Numbered from the stretch's first letter, positions 42,183 to 54,680 are shown. The stretch: DNA of 64,000 bases from Eledone cirrhosa (GCA_964016885.1 OZ024749.1:27900001-27964000), one strand, 5' to 3'. Notes: generated from the sequence alone by a model not told the origin. Translations and numbers: made by a program.

Positions 42183-42229
<47 letters not shown>

Positions 42230-42260
42230 CAACATATTATGTATATATACACACACATAC

Positions 42261-42304
<44 letters not shown>

Positions 42305-42563
42305 AGTGGAAGCTTAGTAAAATCGAAGCTTTGGCTGTGGCCAAGCAAAGTCAACTTACAATAAGGAATGAGTAACAAAGCACTCAATAAGGGCAGGTCC
42401 TTAGAGTAATAAATAACATTACGTTTAAATAGCTTGACAAATTGGAAATTGCAGTAGGCAAAACCCAACCATACAGTACCAAAACAACAAAAATATATAT
42501 AGATATATTACATATATATATATATAGATATATATATATAGAAAGAGAGGAAGAGAGAGTGAG

Positions 42564-42813
42564 ATAGAAATAGAAGCTTTCACTGTAATATTTGACTGAA
42601 TAGAAAAAATGGACACCAGTTCCCATGGGAGTCGAACCCACATCTCTCATTTGCTGGACGTAATGGTAGTGGATTCATCCAGCAAACAAGCGGTGTAGGT
42701 TTGACTTCCATATGTGCGCTGATACCCATCTTTTTCCATTCAGTGGGTTTAGACACCCTATCATTAGACTATATTATAGTCATAGATATTACAGCTAAAG
42801 ATTCTATTTCTAT
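42564..42813. mobile_element. Diverged fold-back element containing a tRNA-like head
   Basis: Outer AGAAATAGAAGCTTT..CTGTAATAT / ATATTACAG..AAAGATTCTATTTCT; B-box GGTTCGACTCC (minus arm) and GGTTTGACTTCC (plus arm). Confidence 0.6.
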
Positions 42814-42874
42814 TCTAAACTCCGCTCACCGTGTTCCATACATACTTCCTTTAAATATACATTTTTTTTTTTCA

Positions 42875-43250
42875 CCGTTTTTTACGTCTGTTCTTCCACA
42901 CTAGCATGGGTTAGACGGGTTGTCCTGTTGTGGGCAGTGTCCAGTCGGCTGACCTTGTCTTGCTCATACGGGAACTGATTCTGGCTTGATTTCTACAGCT
43001 GGATGCCCTTCCTAACACCAACCTCATTTACAATGAGTGCTGGGTGCTTTTTTGCTGTGGCACCTCCACGACCACTTTGCAGTGGAATGATAGGGACCCC
43101 AGTCCTATCATCTCATTTCTACAGCTGAGTAAACTGGAGCAATGTGAAATAAAGTGTCTTGCTCAAGGAAACAACACATCACCCGGTCCGAGAATTAAAC
43201 TCCCAACGTTTCGATTGCAAGCCCAATGCTCTAACCACTAAGCCATGTAG
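42875..43250 (-). mobile_element. tRNA-head composite SINE with a longer LINE-like tail
   Basis: Matches 3845-4181; its tail matches the RTE 3'UTR at 13670-13790. Confidence 0.88.
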
Positions 43251-44021
43251 ACATGACCTGGGCCAATACTGGCCAAAACCTATCAAAATTATCGCTTGTC
43301 ACGAGTTGTCATGTTATGAGACAAGCCAAGTCCAGAGATCATGTCTTGCTCATACACATCTGTATTTTGGCTTGGTTTCTACAGCTGGACGCCCTTCCTA
43401 ACACATACATACATACACACGCATATATATATATATATATAAATACACACATGCATATAGTTACATTCCTTTATGTTCTGTGTTCAAACACCATCTTTAT
43501 GAGGTCAATAAAATAAAATAGTAATTCACTGGGGTTGATTTAATTGACTTTCCTTTCAAATTGCTAGCCTTAGCCTAATACCAAAAGTAGAAACACTTAT
43601 TAAGAAGATATTTGTAACATAATTTAACAAAAGCTTTCTAATTTAAATAGGAACCTTTTAAAATGGATGGGTTTTGTTTCATAGAACCGGAACCAATTAT
43701 TAGCCAGGTTGGTATCAAAAGTGTTAAGTGTCTCACAAGTTAGTTTTATTAAGTGGTCTGTGTTAGATTGCTGAACTTTCTTATCAAGTGAAGATCACAG
43801 AATCAGATAGACAGAACCTATCAATCAATAAACGAAGAAGAGGAGGAGGAGGCGGAGGAGGAGGAGGAGCTGTCTTAAGATTCTGTCCAGTTCTCAGCAG
43901 TTATTTCTCTCAATCTCAAGTTTGATAAATATAACCCAAATGACTTGATCTTCTTGAAATAGATAGAAGAGAAAACTAGAATTATATAAATGTGTGCGTG
44001 TGTGTGTGTGTATATACATAC

Positions 44022-44054
<33 letters not shown>

Positions 44055-44589
44055 CACCCATACACACACATTTATATATTCATTTTATTAAGGTTGAATA
44101 GTAAGTCTAGTTACTCAGGAGTTTGGCCTATTTATCACAGGGTCATCAGACAAGAACATATATGTGTGTGTGTATATATGTGTGTGTATATATATATATA
44201 TATACACACACACATAATACATAATAACAAATAGGCACAGCCTTATATATATATATAGAGAGAGAGAGATAGATAGATAGATACATATATGTCGTATATC
44301 AACATATGAGGTTTCAACAGTTTTCCCACTTCAATTTTTTTATGGTTACACCTTAAGTGGCACTTCAGTCCAGCTGTAGATTTACACATCAAGTCGCATT
44401 TGGTACAGATGACAGGATTTTGAGTGGAATAGGATGGATCGGATCTTTTTGTTAGATCTTAGATCACAAAATGGACCAGATGAGATTTTTCAAAGCCCTT
44501 TATAACTTCATGGCAGACAGTTCTCCATTTTCCACGGTTAGCAGCTAGGGCTTCGAAAGAAGTAAGAGGTATGTTCATATATATATATA

Positions 44590-44855
44590 GTTATGTAATA
44601 AACAACATAAGATAATTATTTAATTTACCAAAGGTTTCACAAAGACAGACGAGCCTGGCAGAGATGTCTGGCTTCAATTGTCAGAATGAAATTTTATTAA
44701 ATAAAATTTCATTCTGACTATTGAAGTCTGTGCCAAGCTCGTCTGTCTTCATGAAACCTTTGGTAAATGAAATAATTATCTTATGTTTATTACATAACTC
44801 AAAAGCTCTGTAGCCTACACTCTTTTCCTTTACCTTTCCTACGGAAACACTTCAT
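44590..44855. mobile_element. Fold-back element with paired, decayed hammerheads
   Basis: Arms 44590-44698 / 44700-44798; TTTCATT|CTGACTA-TTGAAG..CTTCAT-GAAACC-TTT-GGTA|AATGAAA; (TA)n on both sides. Confidence 0.75.
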
Positions 44856-45154
44856 ATATATATATATATATATATATAAAGTGGTTGCCATACAGCGACA
44901 AGAGAGGTTCAGATCAGGTAGATGAATGTTTAGTTACAGAGTTGGTATAGTAATTATCAAATTCCCAACAGAGGGGCCCATTCCATTTCAGCTTACTAGC
45001 TTTGAACAGTTCACAGCTTGTAAGTAAGCTTACAGGCCACCCAAAATGGAGTGGGCCCTCCTTGGGGGATTTTATTAATATGAAGCAAGATGTGGTTCTC
45101 CAACAAATCTAGAAAGGCAGGAATTAACTGAATAAAAACTGACTCCAGGAGTAA

Positions 45155-45490
45155 TGGATTTTGATTTAGACACAAGGCCAACAATTTTGGGGGCAGGTAA
45201 TGTCAATTAAATTGAGCCCAGTGTATTACTGGTACTTTATTTTATCAACCTCTATAGGATGAAAAGTAAGGCCAACATCAAAATAATGGTTTCTGATTTA
45301 GACACATGTCAAACAATTGGGCGGGGGAATCGATTAAAGCAATCCCAGTACATTACTGGTACTTTATTTTATCGATCTCTGTAAAGATGAAAGGCAAAAC
45401 TAACCTCAGCGTAATTTGAACTCAGAACGTAAAGGGATGTATCTATATGCCGCGAAGCAGGTAGTCCGATACTGCCGATCTGTGGCCCTT
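45155..45490 (-). mobile_element. Meta-domain tRNA SINE with duplicated 3' part
   Basis: CTGGTACTTTATTTTATC..GATGAAA twice; TTTGAACTCAG (B-box reverse complement). Confidence 0.75.
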
Positions 45491-45821
45491 GACTCAGGTA
45501 GTAATAACCATCCATCTCATGCCAACATGGATAGCAGACATCAGAATTACGGTATGTATGTGTGTGCTTTCATGTGTCTATGTCGGTGTGAGAAAACCAG
45601 TGCAGTGAGTTGCAACCCCTCCACGTCTTAGCGATTTGATAAACTGACATTAACAAATCATGTACTAGACTGAAATAAATACTGGAGGTGAGATGGTTAA
45701 CTAACATTTTGAAGGTGGTCACAATCTATTGACTAGAAACAGTTAAATAATATCTACATATATATATATATGTATGTGTGTTTCCTGCCCATCCCTTCAA
45801 TTTTTTTAATTTCCCATTCTT

Positions 45822-45857
45822 TCTTCTGATGAAGGAATAGCGTCCGAAACGTTAAGA
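45822..45857 (+). ncRNA. Canonical Penelope-type minimal hammerhead ribozyme (solo)
   Basis: TCTT|CTGATGA-A-GGA-ATAGCG-TCC-GAAAC-GTT|AAGA; palindromic AACGTT replaces helix III. Confidence 0.85.
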
Positions 45858-46199
45858 CCCTCTTCCTGCTATTTCAAGCAATAACCTAATATATTCCTTC
45901 CATATTCTCTACTGATTGTGTTGTTTTTTCTGTTTACCTTTTATATATATATAATAAATATAATATATCGATTTCTACATGCTGTTGAAATGTTGGATAA
46001 ATACTCTATCGTAGCCACCGCAAAGAGGCCGCTTTTGGTTATTTGTCGAAAATTTCTTCATAGGAGCCTTTATTCTTATAGCTTGGTCTAATTGATTTTT
46101 TATATGGTTAATTATGCTAATTGGGAGAGGAAATAGTATATATTATATCTAGTGATTCTAAAGACATGATTTATGATATATATATATATATATATATAT

Positions 46200-46420
46200 A
46201 GGAGGATTCCCGAAACATGTCAGGAGGTGAACACTGTTAAAACAGTTACTCCTCAATACGTTAGTAGAGTGTAGGTATCTTTATCTTTTTTATATAGAGC
46301 TGACTTCTACAGGATTAAAACTGTTTCATTCATATGAAATCATCAGGATTATTCCTTATGGTTTCTCACAAATGAAACAGCTCTAGTCCTGTAGAAGTCA
46401 TTTCTATATAAAAAAGAAAA
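46200..46420 (-). mobile_element. Fold-back HHR element (GAAACAGTTCTAGTCCTGTAGAAG family)
   Basis: Arms 46285-46417; minus-strand CTGATGA at 46340-46346; tail ACTCTACTAACGTATTGAG; between (TA)n tracts. Confidence 0.75.
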
Positions 46421-46752
46421 AAATATATATATATATATAGCCCCAGCATGGCCTCAGCCGGATGGCTGAAACAGGTAAAAGAGTATACATATATATTCTA
46501 CCAGGAGTTGTGACCGGTAGATTATATGAGCAATAGAAAAACCAATGGAAACTATTTCCTTGGTTCATATTTGACAATCAGTTCATTTCTTGTACAAGGA
46601 GTTGTGACTGGTAGATAGATTCAGTAATAGAAAGACCAATGGAAACATTGTTTCTTTGGTCCTATTTAATGAGTTCCACCCTACTTGGTAAGCAAATGAG
46701 ATCTGGAAACTAGTTGATCGATAAAAAAAATATTAAAAAATATATATAGTTA

Positions 46753-47090
46753 TGGAGGCACATGGCTTAGTGGTTAGAGCATTGGGCTTGCAATCGAAAG
46801 GTTGTGAGTTCAATTCTCAGACTGGGTGATGTGTTGTTTCCTTGGTCAAGACACTTTATTTCACATTGCTCCAGTTTACTCAGTTGTAGAAATGAGATGA
46901 TAAGGACTGGGGTCCCTATCATTCCACTGCAAAGTGGTCGTGGAGGTGCCACGGCAAAAAAGCACCCAGCACTCACTGTAAATGAGGTTGGTGTAAGGAA
47001 GGGCATCCAGCTGTAGAAATCAAGCCAGAATCAGTTCCCATCCCACCCTTGCAAGCAGGGAAAAGCGGATGTAAAATGATGATGATGATG
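46753..47090 (+). mobile_element. tRNA-head composite SINE (full length)
   Basis: Matches 12073-12412; (ATG)n tail. Confidence 0.92.
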
Positions 47091-48829
47091 CTTGGTGAAG
47101 GTCACACTGCCAATGAAAATATACATTGGATTCATAATTAACTGGAAAATTAATTAATTAATGATTAACTAATTACATAATTGAAAATAGAAACTGAAGT
47201 GAGGGAACTACAACAGTGTGTGTGTGTGTGTGTGTGTTGACAGCATGACCTTACCAAAGTACAAGAATATCTCTTTCAACACATAATATCACATCAAGAA
47301 TCTTCCAAAACAAATACAAAAAGCTATATACATATATATATTTATACACACACACATATATATATATACACACATGCAAGCCCATATGCATATATATACA
47401 TACATATTCTTACACACACATAAATATACATATATAAACATACATATACATACAAATACATACATATATATGTACAAATACGTACATATATATACAAATA
47501 CATATATATACAAATATATACATATATATATACAAATATATACAAATACATATATATATACAAATATATTTATATATATAATGATAAAATAAATATATAT
47601 TTGATTATTGTTGCGTTAGGGTACACCTATATATATATATATGTACATCTGAGTATATACATACACACACATATTTAAATAAACACACACATACCTACAC
47701 ACACACACATACCTACACACACACACATATCTACACACAAAAAAAATATTGTATTTTATTTTGCAGATGGTTTCCATTTTCAGCTGGTTCCATCTGACAT
47801 GTCAAGCAGAGTTCTAAAAGGAGGATGAGGAGGAGGAAGAAGGGGTGAGGGTTTGTGTAAAGGCCTCCCCCCACCCCTATACCACCACCACCATGAACCC
47901 TCAACTCAACAGACCAAAAATAGAAACCTCCACCACCATCACCACCATGACACCTCCACCCCGAAATGTTCATAAACCGCCCACACAAAAACATCCATCA
48001 TCCCATCAGGATTCTCTGAGCCCCATCCTTTTGATGTGCAACTGTAATTTATCCCTAACAACCCCCCTCTTCTCCCTGCCCACTCCCTTCATACTCCCTA
48101 TCCACCCCCTTCTTACTCCCTACACACACCCTTCTTACTTCTAACCCACCCTGCCAACCTCCACCATCAGCATCACCACAATAACTAATTTATCCCCACC
48201 CCCTCTTTTATTTTCCTACCCCCCCCCCCCCCCACCGACCTGCACCACCACAACTGTAATTTAGCCCCCCTCTTCTCTCTCTCTCTGCAGACCTCCTTCA
48301 CCCCCATCACCCAATCTCCACCACCATCACCATCACCACCACAACTATAATTTAGACCCCCCCCTCCGCCTGCCAACCTCCACCACAAACACCATCACCA
48401 CGATTCCTACTGCATATTATTCCCCCTCTCCCAACACACCCCAAACCCCCATACCCACATCTCTGGTCCCTACTTAATAATAACCAAGAAATGGTTAGAA
48501 TAGTACAAGAGTGATGGCTGGGGTGTGTGGTGGTGTGGTGCATGGGGGCAGGTGACAATAAAAGGTGGAACCGGTTGGGGTGGGGGTAGAAGTAATGTCA
48601 GGTTTGATGGTTAACAGATGTTAGAGGGAGCTGATGAAAGAGGGTGGTGGGGTGAGGGGGTGGATGGGTAATGGTGATGATGTTATTGTTGATTAGCTGG
48701 AGAGTCATCCTGCTAGGGATAAAGGGGAGAGGAGAGCAATGGGAGGGGAGTGTGATCGTTTAGATAGGGAGTGTCCCACTAGGCGTGGAGTGGGATAGGG
48801 TGGGATTTGTGAGGGTTGAGACACAGGAC

Positions 48830-50215
48830 AGTCTTGCTGGGGGTGGGGTGGTGGAGGTTTAAGACACAGGAGAGCAAGGACAGTCTTGGTGGGTGGAGTG
48901 TGATGGTTTAAGAGACAAGAGAGTCTTGGTGGGTGGTGTGTGATGGTTTAAGAGACAAGAGAGTCTTGGTGGGTGGTGTGTGATGGTTTAAGACACAGGA
49001 GAGCAAGGAGAGACTTGGTGGGTGGAGTGTGATGGTTTAAGAGACAGGAGAGTCTTGGTGGGTGGTGTGTGATGGTTTAAGACACAGGAGAGCAAGGAGA
49101 GACTTGGTGGGTGGAGTGTGGAGGTTTAAGACAGGAGAGCAAGGAGGGTCTTGCTGTGGGTGGACTGTAATAGTTCAATACACAGGAGAACAAGGAGAGA
49201 CTTGGTGGAGTGGGGTGGAGTGTGGTGGACTGTGATCGTTGAAGTTACAGGAGAGCAAGGAGAGACTTGTTGGGGTGGAGTGTGGTGGTTTAAGACAGGA
49301 GAGCAAGGAGAGACTTGTTGGGGTGGAGTGTGGTGGTTTAAGACACAGAAGAGCAAGGACAGTCTTGTTGTGGGTAGAGTGTGATGGTTTAAGACAGGAG
49401 AGCAAGGAGAGACTTGCTGGGGTGGAGAGCGGTGGTTTAAGACACAAAAGAGCAAGGAGAGACTTGCTGGGGGTGGAGTGTGGTGGTTTAAGACACAAGA
49501 GAGCAAGGAGAGACTTGCTGGAGTGGAGTGTGGTGGTTTAAGACACAGGAGAGCAAGGAGAGACTTGTTGGGGTGGAGTGTGGTGGTTTAAGATACAGGA
49601 GAGCAAGGAGAGACTTGTTGGGGTGGAGTGTGGTGGTTTAAGACACAGAAGAGCAAGGAGAGACTTGCTGGGGATGGAGTGTGATGGTTTAAGACACAGG
49701 AGAGCAAGGAGAGACTTGTTGGAGTGGAGTGTGGTGGTTTAAGACACAGAAGAGCAAGGAGAGACTTGCTGGGGATGGAGTGTGATGGTTTAAGACACAG
49801 GAGAGCAAGGAGAGACTTGCTGGAGTGGAGTGTGGTGGTTTAAGACACAGAAGAGCAAGGAGAGACTTGCTGGGGATGGAGTGTGATGGTTTAAGACACA
49901 GGAGAGCAAGGAGGGTCTTGCTGGGGTGTTGTGTGATGGTTTAACTCTTAGGATTCAAACCAGCCATACCCAGCCAGAATTCTCTCACCTCTTTCTGTTT
50001 AAACTGGTCGTAACCAGCCACTCATACCGACATTAAGGTATTGTTCTCAAAATAAATAGCATCGAAATCTTGCAGATTCGATATTTTGTGATATAAAGCC
50101 TTTTCTGTGAAAATAAAACAGTAAATATAGAGTAATGTGAATGTTAAAGGGTTAAGACACAGGAGAAAAGGCAAGTCTTGCTGGGGTGGGGTGGAGTGTG
50201 ATGGTTAAGACCCAG
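48830..50215. repeat. ~59-bp minisatellite (GGTTTAAGACACAGGAGAGCAAGGAGAGACTTG(C/T)TGGGGTGGAGTGTG(G/A)T)
   Basis: Read directly. Confidence 0.93.
49941..50155 (+). mobile_element. piggyBac-type MITE inserted at the TTAA of a minisatellite unit
   Basis: GATGGT-TTAA-[element]-TTAA-GACACAGG versus the intact unit GATGGTTTAAGACACAGG. Confidence 0.88.
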
Positions 50216-50287
50216 GAAAGCAAGGGCAGTCTGATTTAATGTTGATAGTTTGAGCTGAAGCAGGAACAAGGCAGTTCCTGTGATATA

Positions 50288-50319
<32 letters not shown>

Positions 50320-51274
50320 GGGTTATGTTGGTGAGGAGCAAGATGATATTGTTGATGATGGTTGTCATGGTAATGATGACTGATCTTTAATTATTCATTT
50401 ATCTTTAATTCATCAACAAATTGTGGTTCTTTAAAAAAAAAGAATATTAGCAATTCTTTTTGTTTGTTTGTTTGTTTAAAATATCCTTTGTTAATTTTCA
50501 TATTACATGTCAGCCATATATCTAATTCTACACACTGTTATATCTCAATTATAAGCTTCACACAGTTATTAGAGTTCAAATATATACTTCACACAGTTAG
50601 TAATAAAACAATCATGTTCATTATTAAGCTGGTGTTTTGAACATAACTTAATAAAGGCTCTTACATAAAATTATGATCACCATATTTCTAATGAAAGACA
50701 CTGCCTAAGATTTTCAAATAATTTTGAAAATAATCAAGAATTTTAAGGGATTTATTAATATAACTAACTTTCTCATTATTAAGCTGGAACATATCAAAAG
50801 GTCTTGCATAGAATTATATTAGACAGTTTGGGGTTAGCTGGCTGGCTGGTTGGTTGGATGGATGGAATAATGGATGGATAGATATAAACATGTTAAAGGA
50901 ATGTTTTGTATAATAGAGCCAGGGGTTGGTTTCAGACAGTTTAGTAAGAAAAGGGTTAATGAAGTACTCAAAATGTTTAACTCAAAGATACCCAGCACAG
51001 TTTTTACAGACCTCCCAGGGCCTACAGTCCTCTAAGTTAGCAGAGGGGTGAGGGAAGGGGAATGGCTGCACTAATGTGTCACAACAAACAGTGTGGAAAC
51101 CTTTACCCCAAATATTCTAATTAATGTCCCACCTTCCCCTTCCCCAGTGCCAGTGTGTGTCTCAGTATGGAATCAATTTGGTCTGTCATCATAACATGAT
51201 TGGGCTGACAGGAACACTTGTAGAGAGAGAGGGGGAGGAGAGGGAGGGGGAGGAGAGAGAGGGGGGAGAGAGGG

Positions 51275-51327
<53 letters not shown>

Positions 51328-51762
51328 CGAGCTCTAGGATTGGATGTGAGAAAAGAAGTATTACCTCTCTCTCTGTCATGTAAATAGCAACAATAGCTAG
51401 AGAGAATAGAAAAGAGAGAGAGAGAGAGAGAGAACAGAGACAGAATGGGGAAAGAGAAGAGAAAACTAAGTTTGAAGTATTGCCAGTGTACTCCTCTCTC
51501 TCTCTCTCTCACTCACTCTCAAGTCAGTCTCCCAGTGTTGTAAAAAACAAAGATCCTCAGCTGAGAGAGAGAAGGGAGAAAGGAGGGAGAGTGAGGGATA
51601 AGAAGGGAGGGAGAGAGAGAGGAAGAAGGAGGAGAAGAGAGAGGAGGAGGGGGAGGAAAGACAAATGGTTGTTTTGATTTCTCAGATTTAATTAAACCTG
51701 ATAGAAATCAGGAAATAATTTAATGAAACTAATCAAACAATTACACACCCACACATATATAT

Positions 51763-51980
51763 ATCAAATTTAATATAGAAATGGCTTCTACAGGACTAGA
51801 ACTGTTTCATTTGAAAGAAATCAGCAGGAAAGCTTTTTTGATTTCTTGGGCTTTCCTGACAACTTCTTTCGAATGAAACAGTTCTAGTCCTGTGGAAACC
51901 ATTTTTATATTAAATTTGATGTTTATACTCTACTAATGTATTGAGTACCTTACTAACTGTGGTTACCCCTCATTGAACTC
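51763..51980 (+). mobile_element. Fold-back HHR element, same family as 46200-46420
   Basis: Arms 51763-51920; cores CTGACAA (+) and CTGCTGA (-); tail ACTCTACTAATGTATTGAGTAC at 51927-51948. Confidence 0.78.
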
Positions 51981-51981
51981 A

Positions 51982-52062
51982 CAGGGTGTCCCCCAAAAAT
52001 ATATATACCCACTTTGATTAGAATGCTGTTGAAGTATGTATACATTTTTGGGGACCCCTGTA
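51982..52062. mobile_element. Short Tc1/mariner-like MITE
   Basis: CAGGGTGTCCCCCAAAAAT ... ATTTTTGGGGACCCCTGTA; a related end lies at 10514-10550. Confidence 0.55.
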
Positions 52063-53199
52063 CATATATAGTTCACTGAGAATAAATGTGTTCTCTTAGC
52101 TCTCTCACTGTTAATAAGGTCCCTGAGCTTAAACCCAACTGCCTTTTTTTTTAACTTTGTCCTCTCTCCCTTTGGTTACTTTACTTACATGTGCCATTGT
52201 CTTGTGTTTCCCCTCTTCTATCGGTATATTTTTTTTCTTTTTTCCACTTTTTTTTCTTCCTTTTTCTCTCTTCGCTCTCACCTCTTTTTCGTCATTTCTT
52301 TCCCTCATAACTTGATAAGTTATGGGCGCACTACAGATAGATGTATTGTCTATAATGCACTGAAACATCAATGACCCGTAATAGACAACTGATGAAGGAA
52401 AAATGTTTATCACTTGTTTTGTGTTCCCTTAACTTTCTAACACTATATAGTATATATAATGTATTAATGAAAAAAAGGAAGATGGGCAGAAATAAAGAAA
52501 AGAAGGAAGACAAGGACATACTACCTATGTTAGTACACTAGTGTACTAACATAGGTAGTATTAGTATCACACCTGGTACACTTGTGTACTAACAAAGGTA
52601 GTATTAGTATCACATCAATTGTACTAGTGTAATAACAAAGGTAATATTAGTATCACATCAATTACACTAGTGTACTAACAAAGGTAGCAGATCAAACCAA
52701 GTGTTTTTTTGCTTCTGTTTTTAACCAATTTCCAGTCAGTTTCTACATTCACTTTGGTCTGTTTCCAAATGAGAACTTCAGAACCAGACATCACCCCTAA
52801 CACATCCAGCACAAACACAACCACCCCTAACACATCCAACACAGACATATTCACCCCCTCCCCCAAACTCATCCACTCCAGACACATTCACCTCTAACAC
52901 AGCCACCCCCAACACATCCACCTCTAACACATCCACTCCAATACAGCCACCACCCACATCTATCCGCAACACCCCACCTCCAAGGCATCTCTCCTCCAGT
53001 CATACAACCACCCCATCACCCTACATCCATCACTCACACAACTCTCTATAATCTCAATTTACACAAAAGAGAAGACACTAGAAAACTATCTCACATTCTC
53101 TCTTCCTTTCTCCCTCTTACTCTTACTGTCTCTCTCACTCTCTTCCTTTCTCCCTCTTGCTCTTACAGTCTCTCTCTCACTCTCTCTTGCCCTAATTGT

Positions 53200-53385
53200 G
53201 GATTGGCAGTATCGGTAGAGGGTCGGACGCCATGCTTTGCAGCAAAGAGTTACGGCCCTTTATGGTCTGAGTTCAAATCCCACCGAGGTTAACTTTGCCT
53301 TTCATGCTTAAGGGGTCGATAAAATAAAGTACCAGTAATACACTGGGATAATTGCTGGCCTTGTGCCAAAAGTGGAAACAATTAT
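53200..53385 (+). mobile_element. Meta-domain tRNA-derived SINE (near full length)
   Basis: A-box TGGCAGTATCGG, B-box GAGTTCAAATCC, GCCTTTCATGCTTAAGGGGTCGATAAAATAAAGTACCAG. Confidence 0.8.
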
Positions 53386-53442
53386 ATCTCTTGGTCTCTC
53401 TGTATCTCTCCACACTATATAAATGCATATATTGCACCTACA

Positions 53443-53481
<39 letters not shown>

Positions 53482-53832
53482 GTACATATATATATATACA
53501 TCATCCAGTTTCCCCACAACAAGGGTTATATATATATGTGAGTGTGTGGTATCTGGAACTAGCTGTTGAAATGGCAAGAGCTCAGCTGTCAGGGTCATGA
53601 CCCTTTATGATATCATTTATTTTCCACGCTTGCATATATATATATATATATATACACACATACACACTCACAGTTGTCCTCCCGGAAAAAAATCATTAAA
53701 AAATCCCGGAAGATATTTACGATTCCACGAATATGCGGTGGTTTCCAGGAACAATTATTAGTTAGGTTCTAAGGAAAATTCCACGAATAACCGGGAAGGC
53801 GAATGTTGGGCGTGCACTGTATATATATATAT

Positions 53833-54273
53833 ATCATCATCATCATTTTACGTCCACTTTTCCCTGCTTGCAAGGGTGGGGCGGGAACTGATTCTGGCTT
53901 GATTTCTACAGCTGGATGCCCTTCCTAACACCAACCTCATTTACAGTGAGTGGTGGGTGCTTTTTTGCAGTGGAATGATAGGGACCCCAATTCTATCATC
54001 TTATTTCTACAGCTGGATGCCCTTCCTAACACCAACCTCATTTACAGTGAGTGCTGGGTGCTTTTTTTTTGCTGTGGCACCTCCACGACCACTTTGCAGT
54101 GGAATGATAGGGACCCCAGTCCCTATCATTTCATTTCTACAGCTGAGTAAACTGGAGCAATGTGAAATAAAGTGTCTTGCTCAAGGAAACAACACATCAC
54201 CCGGTCTGAGAATTGAACTCACAACCTTTCGATTGCAAGACCAATGCTCTAACCACTAAGCCATGTGCCTCCA
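53833..54273 (-). mobile_element. Composite SINE with an internal ~100-bp duplication
   Basis: The block TTTCTACAGCTGGATGCCCTTCC..GGGACCCC is present twice. Confidence 0.88.
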
Positions 54274-54289
54274 TATATATATATATATA

Positions 54290-54680
54290 GGGAGTGTAAC
54301 TTGGAGTTACTGCAGGTTCACCCGGGTGAGCACTCGATGTTTAGGTTCACTTCTGTGTTGAGGTGTAGAGCTGTACAGAGTGTAATATATTGAAAGGATA
54401 ACAAGGACGATTGGTTACTCCTTCATTACATTTTTTGGTAGGTGACGCGCGTTTCGCCACTGATCAGCTCAAGGTTCGATCTGTATCAATCTTACCTGAC
54501 TCTATAATCCGTAGCTCGACGGACCCTTTCTACTAGCATTTTAAAGGGTCCGTTGAGCTGCGGATTGTAGAGTCGGGTAAGATTGATACAGATCGAACCT
54601 TGAGCTGATCAGTGGCGAAACGCGCGTCACCTACCAATAAATGAAGGAGTAACCAATCATCCTTGCTATCCTTTCAATAT
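54290..54680. mobile_element. Fold-back element (~140-bp arms) with HHR 3' half GAAACGCGCGTC and AATAAA
   Basis: Arms 54387-54529 / 54543-54680; minus-strand tail ACTCT..ATCGAGTGCT at 54329-54381. Confidence 0.78.

Noticed and set aside
47767-47845. Strong acceptor TTTTATTTTGCAG with a downstream GTGAGG donor
   Set aside because: Stops occur in all three frames; at most a non-coding exon.
54387-54680. Arm mismatches as a fossil of A-to-I editing
   Set aside because: All six substitutions are transitions, but about half are at CpG and both polarities occur; ordinary deamination explains them.
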